A DNA stretch of 63,871 bases, the filler included, from Octopus bimaculoides (Eukaryota): assembly GCF_001194135.2 (NCBI RefSeq). It is 8 parts of 7 records of this genome, joined end to end, with 100 filler letters (N's around TTAATTAATTAA, not from the genome) between each part and the next. Parts side by side here need not be neighbours in the genome. Positions count along the whole stretch, not along the records: positions 1 to 25,735 come from NC_069002.1; 7 more parts are not named here. One strand, given 5' to 3'. Numbering within the stretch: the stretch's first letter is position 1; each line of letters starts with the position of its first letter. Shown in pieces: positions 12,817-24,250 of this stretch. The notes under the pieces were generated by a model that saw nothing but the letters and a program-made list of their open reading frames with translations, was not told where the DNA came from and did no database searches. The position numbers and the translations under genes were made by a program.

Positions 12817-13085
12817 GAGTGGCTGTGTGGTAAGTAGCTTGGTTACCAACCACATGGTTCTGGGTTCAGTCCCACTGTGTGGCACCTTCGGCAAGTGTCT
12901 TCTACTATGGCTTCAGGCCGACCAAAGCCTTGTGAGTTGATTTGGTAGACAGAAAGTGAAAGAAGCCTGTCGTGTATATGTATGTATGTATGTGTGTGTG
13001 TGTGTGTGTGTGTCTGTGTGTGTGTGTCTGTGTGCGTGTGTATATGTTTGTGTGTCTGTTAGTTCCCCCAACATCACATGCGCTG
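12817..13085 (+). mobile_element. tRNA-derived SINE with CORE-like domain, 5' half plus internal microsatellite
   Basis: Head TGGCTGTGTGGTAAG...GGTTCAGTCCC (A/B-box-like), ACCTTCGGCAAGTGTCTTCTACTATGG, then (TG/TA)n and the start of the 320-535 type tail. Confidence 0.75.
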
Positions 13086-13258
13086 TAGAGTATCTTGGAA
13101 TAGCGGATGCTTATCAAAGTTTATTCATTTGTTTTCACACTGGTATAAAGGCCTACTTCAACTCAAATAGTGCTGCATTAAAACTGATTCCAGTGCACAA
13201 CGGTGCAGTCATAACTGTTCATGCATTTAAGGACAGTGATTTAGGCTTCTTTATCCAG

Positions 13259-13328
13259 AAGTAGCTAAAACAAATATTAAACATCAGTTGGGAATTTTTT
13301 TATATCTGGTAGAGAAGTGCTGGTAAAG
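13259..13328 (+). other. probable 5' UTR exon of the host gene
   Basis: CTTCTTTATCCAG| acceptor and AAAG|GTAAGT donor; stops in all three frames; next strong acceptor is the ATG exon at 14130. Confidence 0.45.
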
Positions 13329-14216
13329 GTAAGTCTTATTATAGCAAATGCCTCATTAAGTACAATATACAATATATTGGTCATGTTGTATAATTCCAAG
13401 ATTCTGGAGAAATTAGTTCTTGATAAGTATCCCCAGCATAAAGTAACTTTATGAAGTCACAAAGAACAACCTTAATTCCTTGAGCATCAGTACTGTTTAT
13501 TGGGAACATCTTATACTGAACTGAAGTAAAATGTGTCCTATAACTAGGAACAAAAGCTTGAACTTCAAGAAAATATAAATCGCCCATCAAAGAGTAAAAT
13601 TTAATGCGTGAAAACTGCATGCCAATCTGGGGTTGCATTACCCTTTTAAAAGCTGAATATTTTTGGTATGTAAGGTCATAGATTGCTGTGTAAATGGAGA
13701 AAACTTCGTGAGAAGCTGGATTCATGTTTTTGTTTGTCTCTGTTAATTGTTAGCCTGAGGATTCAAAGTGTTTTATAACAATGTAGCATAGTTTTTCTCC
13801 ATAATTTGTGATTTTGCACCATTCTTTTGTTGTATGTTTTGGGTAAATTTGAAATAGGCAAATTTAATACTCCATTTATCATTGGATCTTAGGAGTGGTC
13901 TCTCAACATTATAAAGTTGGCTGCGTAGGAGAATGTTGAGTTACATGAGTAATCCATCCAAGTTGAGACTGAATGCCACATTTCCTGGAAAGATCAACAT
14001 CATGAATTCTGCATTTATACTTTCTAAATTTTTCTTTAGCCATTCTAAGATTCTTAACACAGTATATTTAATGATTTTAACTTTCACTATCATTAATTTT
14101 TTAAAAAAATATTTTAAATAAATTTTCAGGCATAACAAGAAATTTCATCTACAGCATCAAAGAGTAGCAGGAAAAATAAAAACAAGAACAACTTCAACAA
14201 CAAAACCAAATTTACT

Positions 14217-14292
14217 ATGATGGCAATGAACATTTGTTTTGTACAGTGCATCTTTGTGCTATTTGGATTGGTTCATTTTGCTTCTGCAGCAA
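14217..14292 (+). CDS. host gene coding exon 1 (exon starts 14130): signal peptide MMAMNICFVQCIFVLFGLVHFASAA
   Basis: AATTTTCAG| acceptor at 14129, A-rich leader, ATG at 14217, hydrophobic core with A-S-A cleavage motif, phase-1 donor |GTGAGT at 14293. Confidence 0.75.
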
Positions 14293-14394
14293 GTGAGTTG
14301 ACAATATTTTATGTCTTTAGTAGTAGTAGTAGTAGTAGTAGTAGCAGCAGCAGCAGCAGCAGCAGCTGCTCTTGTTGCTGTTGCAATAGTTTAA

Positions 14395-14622
14395 AGGCGG
14401 TGAGCTGGCAGAATCGTTAGCATGCCGGGCAAAATGCTTAGCAGTATTTCGTCTGCTGTTACGTTCTGAGTTCAAATCCTGCCGAAGTCGACTTTGCCTT
14501 TCATCCTTTCAGGGTCGATTAAATAAGTACCAGTTATGCACTGGGGTCGATGTAATCAACTTAATCCTTTTGTCTCTCCTTGTTTTTCCCCTCTATGTTT
14601 AGCCCCCTGTGAGTAGTAAAGA
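14395..14622 (+). mobile_element. tRNA-derived SINE with Nin/Deu-like central domain
   Basis: Head GGCGGTGAGCTGGCAGAATCGTTAGCA...GAGTTCAAATCC; central GTCGACTTTGCCTTTCATCCTTTCAGGGTCGATTAAATAAGTACCAG; many other copies in the window. Confidence 0.75.
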
Positions 14623-14789
14623 AAAAAAAAAGTTTAAACCTAGGTCAACCTTCATGGAGCAGATCTTATGACGAAAGGCGTTCTAGTGTTAAATAGTTGA
14701 TTTTTTTTTGTATGGGTGTGATTTGTTATGCAAGTGCATAGAGACTTCCTTGTTGGTAGCAATAGTAGCTACAATAGCAGAGGTAGTAG

Positions 14790-14820
<31 letters not shown>

Positions 14821-15554
14821 TTGCATTTTTTAAAACTTCAGAGTATGACTTTGAGAAAGATTTGGTTGCTGTCTAGCTGATCAAGTGACCACAGGTTCCC
14901 TCAATTGCTTGATATCTTTTGTAATTGTCTAAGGTTCTGGGTTCAGTTCCATGTCTAGCAACATTTATTAGGGCCTCAAGTTGACTCAAGCTTTGTTAGT
15001 GAAACTGAATCTCCAGAAACTTTTCAGAAGCCTATCAGATGGACCATTATTTCAAAGACCCCAGCCTCATTGCGCATAATGACAATCTGAGTCTATAGAA
15101 AGATTAGATGAAAGGTACAAACGTCTGTGGGATACTCAGCTATTTAAAATAGCTCACAAATTATGAACTTGTATTTTATTGTGGGTCTCACTTGGGTTCT
15201 GTACCTCAGCTAACTTAGTTGTAGGAAATAAATACAAACTGTGGGAGCTGTATTCCAGCTTCTTTACCTCTGGTCATTTATTCTCAGGAGCAGATCCCGG
15301 AATCATATTTTAGTGTGTGTCTCACTCATTTGTGTGCTTCATGTCACTTTGCTGTTGGGAAAAAGTACCAGATTCACAGAGATAGGCAAGTATCCTATCC
15401 AAAGAAAGATTGATTTCTTATTTCAGAGAAAGAAAAGAGAACAAAACACCACATCAGTTTGTATGAGGCTCTTTCCTGAGGTGGGAAATATTTACATAGA
15501 ATAAGATGTTTACTATTTAAGTGTTTTATTTATCTATTTTTGTTTTTATTTCAG

Positions 15555-15605
15555 ATTGTGCAAATACACAGTTTGTAAGATTAAATGATAACCCTATCGA
15601 AACAG
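15555..15605 (+). CDS. host gene coding exon 2: (N)CANTQFVRLNDNPIET
   Basis: TTTTTGTTTTTATTTCAG| acceptor, ACAG|GTATGA donor, 51 nt phase 1-1; the only open frame matches the phase of exon 1. Confidence 0.75.
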
Positions 15606-16026
15606 GTATGATATGTTTTTGATATGTTTTTGATATTTTTTTTATATCTTTCCAATATTTTTACAATTCTCCCTCTTTTTCTTTCTCTGCCTTCCCACTC
15701 CTCCTCCTCTTCATCTCTATACTACCACACCTGCTACCAACAACAAAACCAACAACACTTCCTGTTATGGGAGAATCCTGAACACACCCACATGACTGAA
15801 GGTGGACTAACCAATTACAATAAATAAGAACTGAGTGAACTGTTACCAGAATAGTGGACGGTGTTAGTTTGAAGGTAGAGTCCATGTTGTGCGTTTAGTC
15901 ATTTTGACCTGTGTAAGTCGCTTTGTTGATCACTTGTTGAAGGCCTCCCATTCCTATTGTTAATTGTTGAATTGTTGAATTGTTATTTTTGACTAATTGT
16001 TTTCTTCCCCATTTATGGGTGAAACG

Positions 16027-17690
16027 ATGGAGAGCTAACCAGTTCCAGCTGGAAGTTATGCTGCAACAACTGGAGGAAAAGGGTTGACTGCTGATATGTT
16101 ACAAGAGAAGTAGAAATAGATGAAAAGAAATTGAAGAAGTTTAATGAACTTGTAGTAAAGGAAGGTGCCAGCCTAAGGTTGACCCCCACCTAAAAAAAGT
16201 GACAGAGAAGACAACTAAAAGGACAGTAATTTATAGAACGCTGTCCACAGCAACCGAAAAGATTGAAATAGCTACTGTGGAAGCAGTAGCAGAATGTCTA
16301 AAGGACATTAAAAGCCTCACGACATTCTATACTAGAGGCAAGAAGTATGGCACAGTGGAGGTTCGGTTCGTGCGCGAAGAAGATCCGATAAAGCACTCCT
16401 CTGTGCCATTGAGATCATCAGAGTGGGTGCTGCTGCCAACCTAGTGTGGCAATCGTGTGGCCAGAGTTAGGATTGGCAGATTGCCCCTGGAGATTGACAA
16501 GGCGTGGCTGGTGGCAGCCATCCTCTACAATACGGAGGAAGAAACGAAAGTTCTGAAAGTCATAAGAACAACAGAACAATAACAGAAAGTCACACGAACA
16601 ACATTGGGGATATGACCTGAAGGTGATGGTCCGAATCAGTTTAGCATAAAATTGCAGAGGAGGTCATATTGCCCGAGGAAGAGAGACTAAAAGTGGTGGT
16701 GGAGGGAAGACCGCCCATCTGCTACCAGTGTGGAGTACGGGGACACATGAAGGCGAGGTGTTCCCAGAAACATGAAGAGGAAGTAGAACAGGAGCAGCAG
16801 GGAGAGGAAGAGGAACAAAGAGTTGAGGAGCAAAATTAAGTAGGTGAAAAAAATACAGAAAATGTGGGAGAAAAATATACGGTAGGAAAGATAGAAGAAG
16901 AGAGAGCGAAGCACGAACTCACCACCTAAGAGTCTGCTGAAGAAAAGAAAGGAAAAACGTAGAGGAGACTCAGTGTGTGAGACCAGCTATATGAAGGGGA
17001 ACGAACATGGAGGAGAAAGTGAGTGTGCAGAAAAGAAAGGAAGATAGAAGAGAGATGCCAACAACAACATTGTGTGAGAGAGATGCAGAGAAGAAAGAGA
17101 TGCCGATACCAGTAACATCAGAAGAGACTAATGATAGAAAACAGGAAGAAGTACAGAAAGGGAAACACTTATGGACTATGATAAGATTTTTTAAAAGTGT
17201 GGAAATTGAGAAAAAAGTCACCAAGATGAAACATGTGATTAAGGTTAAATTATTGGAGAGTGAGTGCAACGAAGGCTTCAAAGCAGTCTTGCTTGAGGAA
17301 GAGAGAGAAGAGAGGTTGAAGGAAGTGTTTGGAGAGAGGATAGAAATATTGATGATACGGGTTCGGTTTGACGAATTGCTACCAGTGGTGGCATTTGAGG
17401 ATTTAATACAGTATATGGTGCAAATGAAAGTAAGTAAAATTTTAAAAAAAGTGACTTTAAAAAAAAAGATACAAAAAGAATAATGAACCGAGTGTTAAAT
17501 GTTACACGTAAACAGTTAAATGACACTGCCTGTGAGTGGGAGGGGAGCAGGTAAGACATTTCATTTCCATTTTATCATTATAATTCATAATTTCACTCGT
17601 TATATGTTTTGTGTACCCCACTGTGTTGTGTTGTCTGTCCATGTGTCAGCCCTTCTTTGTATGAGCCTGTGTGCTTAAAATAAAGAAATA
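16027..17690 (+). mobile_element. decayed non-LTR retroelement with gag-like ORF1 (CCHC knuckle) and 3' tail, no ORF2 seen
   Basis: ATG at 16027 then SYAAT, VRIGRLPLEIDKAWLV, VVVEGRPPICYQCGVRGHMKARC (C-X2-C-X4-H-X4-C near 16715-16760); frame ends 17483; tail ends AATAAAGAAATA near 17690. Confidence 0.75.
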
Positions 17691-18047
17691 GGTGTTAGTT
17701 TTACTGTTACCCTGTTACCCTGTTACTCCCCATAGAAAAATTAACCCACCAATTAATATTTTAAGTTTAGTCATTTACTCAACGCCCTGAAGCATCAGAT
17801 ATGCGAAATGGTATGATTTAATATATTAAGCCTTTCATCTTCTTCTTGAGGCTCTTCCTCTTTTCTTTTCTGTATTTTTCTTCACTCTGATGAAGCTCCA
17901 TGTTCCAGATCAGATGTGTTACCAAATATGATGAATATTATTTTCAGAATTTTCAATGGCAAACACAATCTGTATCACGTCCTCAGGTTGTTGTTTTTTG
18001 TTGTTGTTTTTTTTGTCTTTTTCCTTTTTTGAACTTATATATATATA

Positions 18048-18240
18048 TAGGGAGAATTCACAAAAAAAAACAAAAGATGAAGACAGGTGGTGTAGGAAAC
18101 AGATGTATTAGTATAACGCTCAGGAATTGAAAAAGTCTTTAACATTTCGAGCCTACGCTCTTCCACAGAAAGAAACAAGGAGAGAAACAAGCAGAGAAAA
18201 GAAATGTGTGTAGTGGTTAGTGATCTATTATGGCGAATAT
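18048..18240 (-). mobile_element. short Penelope-LTR-like element, family 2, second copy
   Basis: Similar to 12171-12365 and also bounded by (TA)n. Confidence 0.6.
18136..18173 (-). ncRNA. minimal hammerhead-like motif, family 2, CpG-decayed stem III
   Basis: UCUUU-CUGUGGA-A-GAGC(GUAG)GCUC-GAAAUGU-U-AAAGA. Confidence 0.5.
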
Positions 18241-18251
18241 ATATATACATA

Positions 18252-18940
18252 CGAGGAAGTACCCAAAAGTAACTAGAAATGTTCTCTGTAGTTGAGGCTT
18301 CTGCAGCTAGAAGCCATTTGATGTGATCCTTGGACATCTGTCTACTATCTGGTAGCATCCAGTGAGGTCATACTGCCACGTGGGTGTGTCTTTGTTTTGC
18401 AGTGCTTCCCCCCACTTTGCTGATTTTTGCGATTGCTGGAATGAAGGAACAGCATGCTTGCATTAAATTCTGTTTTCTGCTGGGAAAAACGACGGCTGAA
18501 ACAGTTGTCATGTTTCAAATCGCTTACAAGGATGCTGCCATGAGCAAAACACAAGTTTACAACTCGTTTTCAAATGCTTTAGGAATGATTAATTGTTGCT
18601 TGAAGACCAACCTCATTCAAAGCATTCAATGACCTCCTGAAATAAAATGAAAACAGTATGAAAATTCATGAACTGATCTTGGAGGACTGTCATCAAACAA
18701 TTGATGAACTTGTTGTTATGACTGGTGTGTCCTGGAGCTCCTGCCAACAAATTTTGTGTGAGGAATTGCAAATGAAAAGAGTTGCAGCAAAATATGTGTC
18801 TTGCTTGCTCACGGAAATGTGAGACAGTTTTTGATCAAAAATTGCACTACCCCGCTTATCCACCTTTTCTATTCACCTGATCTTGTTCCCTGCAACTTTT
18901 TTTGTTCCCCTGAATGAAAAAAGTACTTAAAAGGGCCATA
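18252..18940 (+). mobile_element. mariner transposon remnant, internally deleted
   Basis: TA|CGAGGAAGTACCCAAAAGT left end; MKEQHACIKFCFLLGKTTAETVVMFQIAYKDAAMSKTQVY; YSPDLVPCNFFLFP*MKKVLKG. Confidence 0.88.
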
Positions 18941-19166
18941 TCAAGAGCTTCAAAGGAAACCTTATGGCTCATTGTCGCTTCATCCCAGATGATCAACCCA
19001 GAGGTTTGCCTTTTATAGAATCACGACCGATGTTGCAGTTTGCCTTCTCTTTCTTGGACAGGTCCAAAGGGAGTTTGAAACAGGAGTGAACTGTGCAGCT
19101 ACCACTTTGCAGTCCCCACCACTAGGAACATTCCCATAAGCAAGAAACTGAAAGAAACCCATTGCA

Positions 19167-19216
<50 letters not shown>

Positions 19217-19539
19217 TATGTGTGTGTGTGTGTGTCTTCTTGTCTTGACATTGTATGACTGTAATGAGTGTCGTTGCCATACAAGCAGTGTCATTCATTT
19301 CCAATATTCTTCAAAAACATGTCTGGTCATCGGGCACATAGCCAGCCCATTGTAACTGGTGGTGGTGGTAGAGGGGGGGGCTTTCTCGATAGCTGGGGGT
19401 ACTGAACAGAACCCTAAAAACCATACTGTTTATAAAATTCAATTATGTTTTTCAAGAAAATTCACAGCACAAAATAATAAAATCAGGTTACATTTATTTA
19501 ATGCAGCTGCAATCTACAGTAATGTAATGCAAAAAATTT

Positions 19540-20570
19540 AAGAAACTCATTCTTGTCTATAATTAATTTGTATTTATTAAGAGAAGCAAGTATCACGAGG
19601 TTTGATTTTTGCGGATGCTTCACATTTCATCAAAAGGGATTCACAATTTGAGTTAGTGTCAAAAACGATGACTCGTATGTGGCTAGACTCAAATGTTAAT
19701 GTTGCTCCATACAATAAATAAACATTTGGAAAGGCATCCTGTACAATATGTTAAGATCCAAGAATATCCAGCAGTGTCATCATAATTTGTTTGGATGTGT
19801 ATTCTTTAGCCACAGTAAGTTCAGACCTGAAGGCTGATTTATTGTAATTAACTAAATTGCTCAAAGTTTTTAATGTATCAAAATCCGAAAATTCCTCGGA
19901 GATTGGTAGTAGGCTTGCCAAGGAAGAATATATGTGGTCATTTTGCTCTGAAAATCTATTATTTAGCTCTCTCAAGCTTTCATCAATGATGGCGAAATAA
20001 ATTTTGCAGCGAAAAATTATCAAGTCATCTTGTGATGATACTGGGACTTCAATGACAATCAGAAAAACGTTGGGACCCACAAGCTTTTCGATGCATGCAA
20101 TCCTCAATAACATTAAATTGATTCATTTGTCTCAGAATTTCATCAAATATTAAAGAGTCTCTTAGTTTGGTTATTTCACTCTTGGCAATCTTGAGAAGCT
20201 CAAGGCCATGAGGTATAATCGCAATTGTGACTCTGAAGCTGTTTGTCTGCTGGTCTAATTATATGCAAAAACTTACTCAGAACAAGGGCTAGAAAAACAA
20301 ACCTTTTGAAACGAACTTGATGTAAAAGTTGCCTCAATACATGTTTTTGAATCTGATGAATCTGTCCACTCGGTTAGCAAACCAACAATCTTGGAGTGGT
20401 TTTCTGTTACAGAAGCAATGGCACTGAAATGTCCTGACCACCTATGCTCCATAAGATGCGGCAATTTCAATCCTTTGCAGAAACTAGCCATCCTTCGCTG
20501 TTTAATAAAATTACGAAGAATATTAATGGTGTTGAAGAATGTTGCTAACTCCAGAATCCACTTTATTGTG
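19540..20570 (-). mobile_element. hAT transposase remnant (ZMYM1-like type), interrupted by microsatellites upstream
   Basis: EHRWSGHFSAI (RW motif), IYFAIIDESLRELNNRFSEQN, AFRSELTVAK, and a C-terminal TNSNCESL resembling the hAT dimerisation motif. Confidence 0.75.
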
Positions 20571-21201
20571 TTGACCCTGTGTGTGTGTATGTGTGCTTTA
20601 CCAGTACCATAAATCTCTCTGTCCTTCTCTCTCTGTCCCTCTCTCTCTGTCCCTCTCTCTCTGTCCCCCTCTCTCTGTCCCCCTCTCTCTCCCTGTGTGT
20701 GTGTGTGTGTATGTGTATATATGCACACACACACACACACACACACACAACATGTGTACCTAGAAGATTTTTGTCACCAGAGATAAAGTAGTCAGTACTC
20801 TTAGACACACCCGCACACATAAGTCTGTCTTCAGTTTATTTCTCCAAAGGGAATTAAGATGGCATTGCTTTCAGTACTGACCAGTTCTATACTACACACA
20901 CTCACACACACACACACACACAACAGAGGGTAGGGGGCACGCCATTGCCCCACCCACCCACACAGCCACATGCCTGCTGGTCATGAAGCCAGGATACAAG
21001 TGAGAGTTTGTGATAGAGAGTCTGACTCAATAAATTCCACTGTGACTCACACAAGCATAGAAGACAATGACGATGATGATGGTGGTGGTGGTGGTGAGTA
21101 GGAGGAGGAGGAGGATGGTGATAATAATTTCTGTAAAAATTCATAAGACACTTAAAATATATATGCATTCAATATTTTAAATTACTTCTTACTCTTTTCA
21201 G

Positions 21202-21359
21202 AAAGTTCAAATGTAACATTCTATGGATTGAAACCATTGGAAAGTGTCTGCCCAATTCATAATTATTGTTTCAATGTATCTGGGCTGAGTGTTATTGGAT
21301 CAGTGCAGCAGGGAAAAAAACTTCTGGAGTTGGATAAAGAAGTGGATAAAGAAGAGAAG
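21202..21359 (+). CDS. host gene coding exon 3, probable cadherin-like EC1 segment: (E)SSNVTFYGLKPLESVCPIHNYCFNVSGLSVIGSVQQGKKLLELDKEVDKEEK
   Basis: CTTCTTACTCTTTTCAG| acceptor, AAG|GTAAAA donor, 158 nt open in the phase set by exon 2; GKKLLELDKEVDKEE resembles the cadherin L.L...LDRE strand. Exon reality is better supported than the family assignment. Confidence 0.7.
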
Positions 21360-21852
21360 GTAAAATCATTTGAAATAATTTGAGACTTATATGAATATTC
21401 TAAACTTCTTTATAGATGTTTCTTTCCAAAAGCATACATTCACAGTTAGAGTTTCACTCAGGGGAAAGCGATGCTTATTGATAAAAAAAAAAAATTAATA
21501 ATTGCTGGAATAATTTTCCTTTGCTGTGTGCATGTTCGAGTTATAGAGAAATGCTATATTTTATAAAAATATTATATTTAAAATACAACAATTACTAAAA
21601 CACAGTTGATGTTAAATAATTACACTGGAGAACACACATTTTATTGACTGATATCTAACACTTGATTCTAAAGAATATGAGTGTGCTGAATACAAACTTG
21701 ATTTGGCTCTATCCGGTCCTGATTCTGGTCAACAGCTTCTGTGTCATTTTCCAGATTTTTTCAAATTAGGACTAAAAAAATTAAGTCACATCTTCAGATT
21801 TATTTTCAAGTTTCACAAACACAAGCAGTTCAAACTACTGTAGCATGGCAGT

Positions 21853-22506
21853 TCACACACATGCATCATAAAATTTACCTTTCACCCTGAATAAGAGGCC
21901 TTTAGTTGCCCGCAGGGGTAGGAACTCCATGAACTTTGCCCAGGTTATACTTACTCTAGTCACTACTCTCTCAGAGCAACCACCTCCACTACAGACTTGG
22001 TCGCCTAGGTAGCAGAAGCTATCAACTACTTCTAGTTTCTCCCCCTGGCATGTGATGGAATCAGTTTTCTGTACATCTTCAGTGTTTATTGCCCCTGTGC
22101 ATCTGCCACACACAAAGACTATCTTCCTGGTTAACCTTCCTCTGATATTGCCACACTTTTTATGTGTCCATAGCTTACACCAGGTACATCGTATAGAGTT
22201 TCTACCCATGCCTTTTCTACAGATCTAGCAGGGCCATCTACCTGAAGGAGTTTATGAGTTGACAGCCTTCCTACTTACTAAGGCTTTGGTTTTTGCTAGG
22301 TTAATCTTAAGGCCCTTTGATTCTAGACCTTGCTTCCACATCCTAAACTTCATCTCCAGTTCTGGCAGTGACTCGGCTATTAGAGCAAGGTCATCAGCAT
22401 AGAGGAGCTCCCAGGCGCAGCCTGTCTTGGACTTCTCTGTTATTGCCTGGAGGACTATAATGAATAAGAGGGTGCTGAGGACTGATCCTCGGTGAACCCC
22501 TACTTC
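21853..22506 (-). mobile_element. RTE-clade LINE reverse transcriptase fragment
   Basis: GVHRGSVLSTLLF, WELLYADDLALIA, GLKINLAKTK, Cys-rich insert CTWC..WTHKKC..CGRC, LEVVDSFCYLGD. Confidence 0.92.
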
Positions 22507-22550
22507 TNNNNNNNNNNNNNNNNNNNNNNNNNNNNNNNNNNNNNNNNNNN

Positions 22551-22625
<75 letters not shown>

Positions 22626-22626
<1 letters not shown>

Positions 22627-23142
22627 CATATATACATCGTCATCATCGTTTAACGTCCGCTTTCCATGCTGGCATGGGTTAGACGGTTTGACTGAGGACT
22701 GACGAGCCAGATGGCTGCACCAGGCTCCAATCTGATCTGGCAGAGTTTCTACAGCTGGATGCCCTTCCTAACACCAACCACTCTGAGAGTGTAGTGGGTG
22801 CTTACACATCCCACCGGCATGAGGGCCAGTCAGGTAGCACTGGCAATGGCCACACTCAAATGGTGTTTTTATGTGCCACCTGCACAGGAACCAGTCCAGT
22901 GTCACTGGCAACGACCTCGCTCGTATGTTGTTTTTCATGTGCCAGTAAGGTGATGCTGGTAACGATCATGCTCGAATGGTGCTTTTTTTATGTGCCACCG
23001 GTATGGGGAGCCACTCCGCAGCCCTGGCCACAATCACACTCGGATGGTGCTCTTAGCGCTCCACTGGCACAGATGCCAGTCATGTGGTGCTGTCATCGAA
23101 GTTGATTTCGATTTCACTTGCCTCAATCGGTCTTTGCAAGCA
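22626..23142 (-). mobile_element. longer RTE-related 3' UTR/tail copy
   Basis: Contains the reverse complement of 1-165 plus about 350 bp of upstream sequence. Confidence 0.7.
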
Positions 23143-23605
23143 GAAACTATATAATTTTTAGTCCAATATATTTAAAAACTTTTCCCATATCCAAGTGGAA
23201 ACTGTGTATACAAATAGATGTATGACTGCTACTGTTATGTTTAATGCTCGTCTTAAATTATCATAATCCAGTCTGCTTTGTGTATTGTTGTTAAGTAACT
23301 TCTTTAATGAGTAGTATTACTGGTTATGAACTACAGAACAAATGTAGGAGAAATAAGAATAAACACAAGCTTCTGTTATTGTTCCAATTCTGATTTCACC
23401 ATTCTGGTTGTTTGGAGCCCAGCAATAGGTGTTCCAAATCCATTTAGATGCTTAATGACAATGGATCATCAGGGAATATTTTATTGCATTATGGGACATA
23501 GTTATCTGTAACTTAATGTAAGGGCTTTAAACCACCAGAATGGTGAAATGAGTATAGGAACCATAACATAAACTTGTGTTTATCCACATTTCTCATAGAC
23601 AGAGA

Positions 23606-23638
<33 letters not shown>

Positions 23639-23647
23639 AGACACACA

Positions 23648-23691
<44 letters not shown>

Positions 23692-23908
23692 NNNNNNNNN
23701 NNNNNNNNNNNNNNNNNNNNNNNNNNNNNNNNNNNNNNNNNNNNNNNNNNNNNNNNNNNNNNNNNNNNNNNNNNNNNNNNNNNNNNNNNNNNNNNNNNNN
23801 NNNNNNNNNNNNNNNNNNNNNNNNNNNNNNNNNNNNNNNNNNNNNNNNNNNNNNNNNNNNNNNNNNNNNNNNNNNNNNNNNNNNNNNNNNNNNNNNNNNN
23901 NNNNTATA

Positions 23909-24250
23909 TTGTGGCACTCTGTTGGTTACGATGACAAGAGTTCCAGTTGATCCGATCAGCGGAACAGCCTGCTCGTGAAATTAATGTGCAAGTGGCTGAG
24001 CACTCCACAGACACGTGTACCCTTAACGTAGTTCTCGGGGATATTCAGCATGACACAGTGTGACAAGGCTGACCCTTTGAATTACAGGCACAACAGAAAC
24101 AGGAAGTAAGAGTGAGGGAAGGTTATGGTGAAAGAGTACAGCAGGGTTCGCCACCATCCCCTGCCAGAGCCTCGTGGAGCTTTAGGTGTTTTCGCTCAAT
24201 AAACACTCACAAAACCTGGTTTGGTAACCACTGGGACATTGCGCCTCCAC
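23909..24250 (-). mobile_element. tRNA-derived SINE (OR-like family), copy 1
   Basis: Closely similar to 27633-28016 and 40251-40601, with part of the head deleted. Confidence 0.8.

Noticed and set aside
13319-13328. TAA near the end of exon 13259-13328 as a stop recoded by A-to-I editing
   Set aside because: Needs double editing and is unnecessary if the exon is untranslated; no evidence in DNA alone
14247-15388. Alternative readings of exon 1 from an internal acceptor (ASLCYLDWFILLLQQ-EQIPESYF..., or a DHHC-like DPG motif)
   Set aside because: They need read-through of a TAA or end in a stop right after DPG; the ATG plus signal peptide model gives a longer stop-free chain
21655-21845. Open frame LTLDSKEYECAEYKLDLALSGPD... 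after exon 3
   Set aside because: No usable acceptor between the upstream stop and the frame
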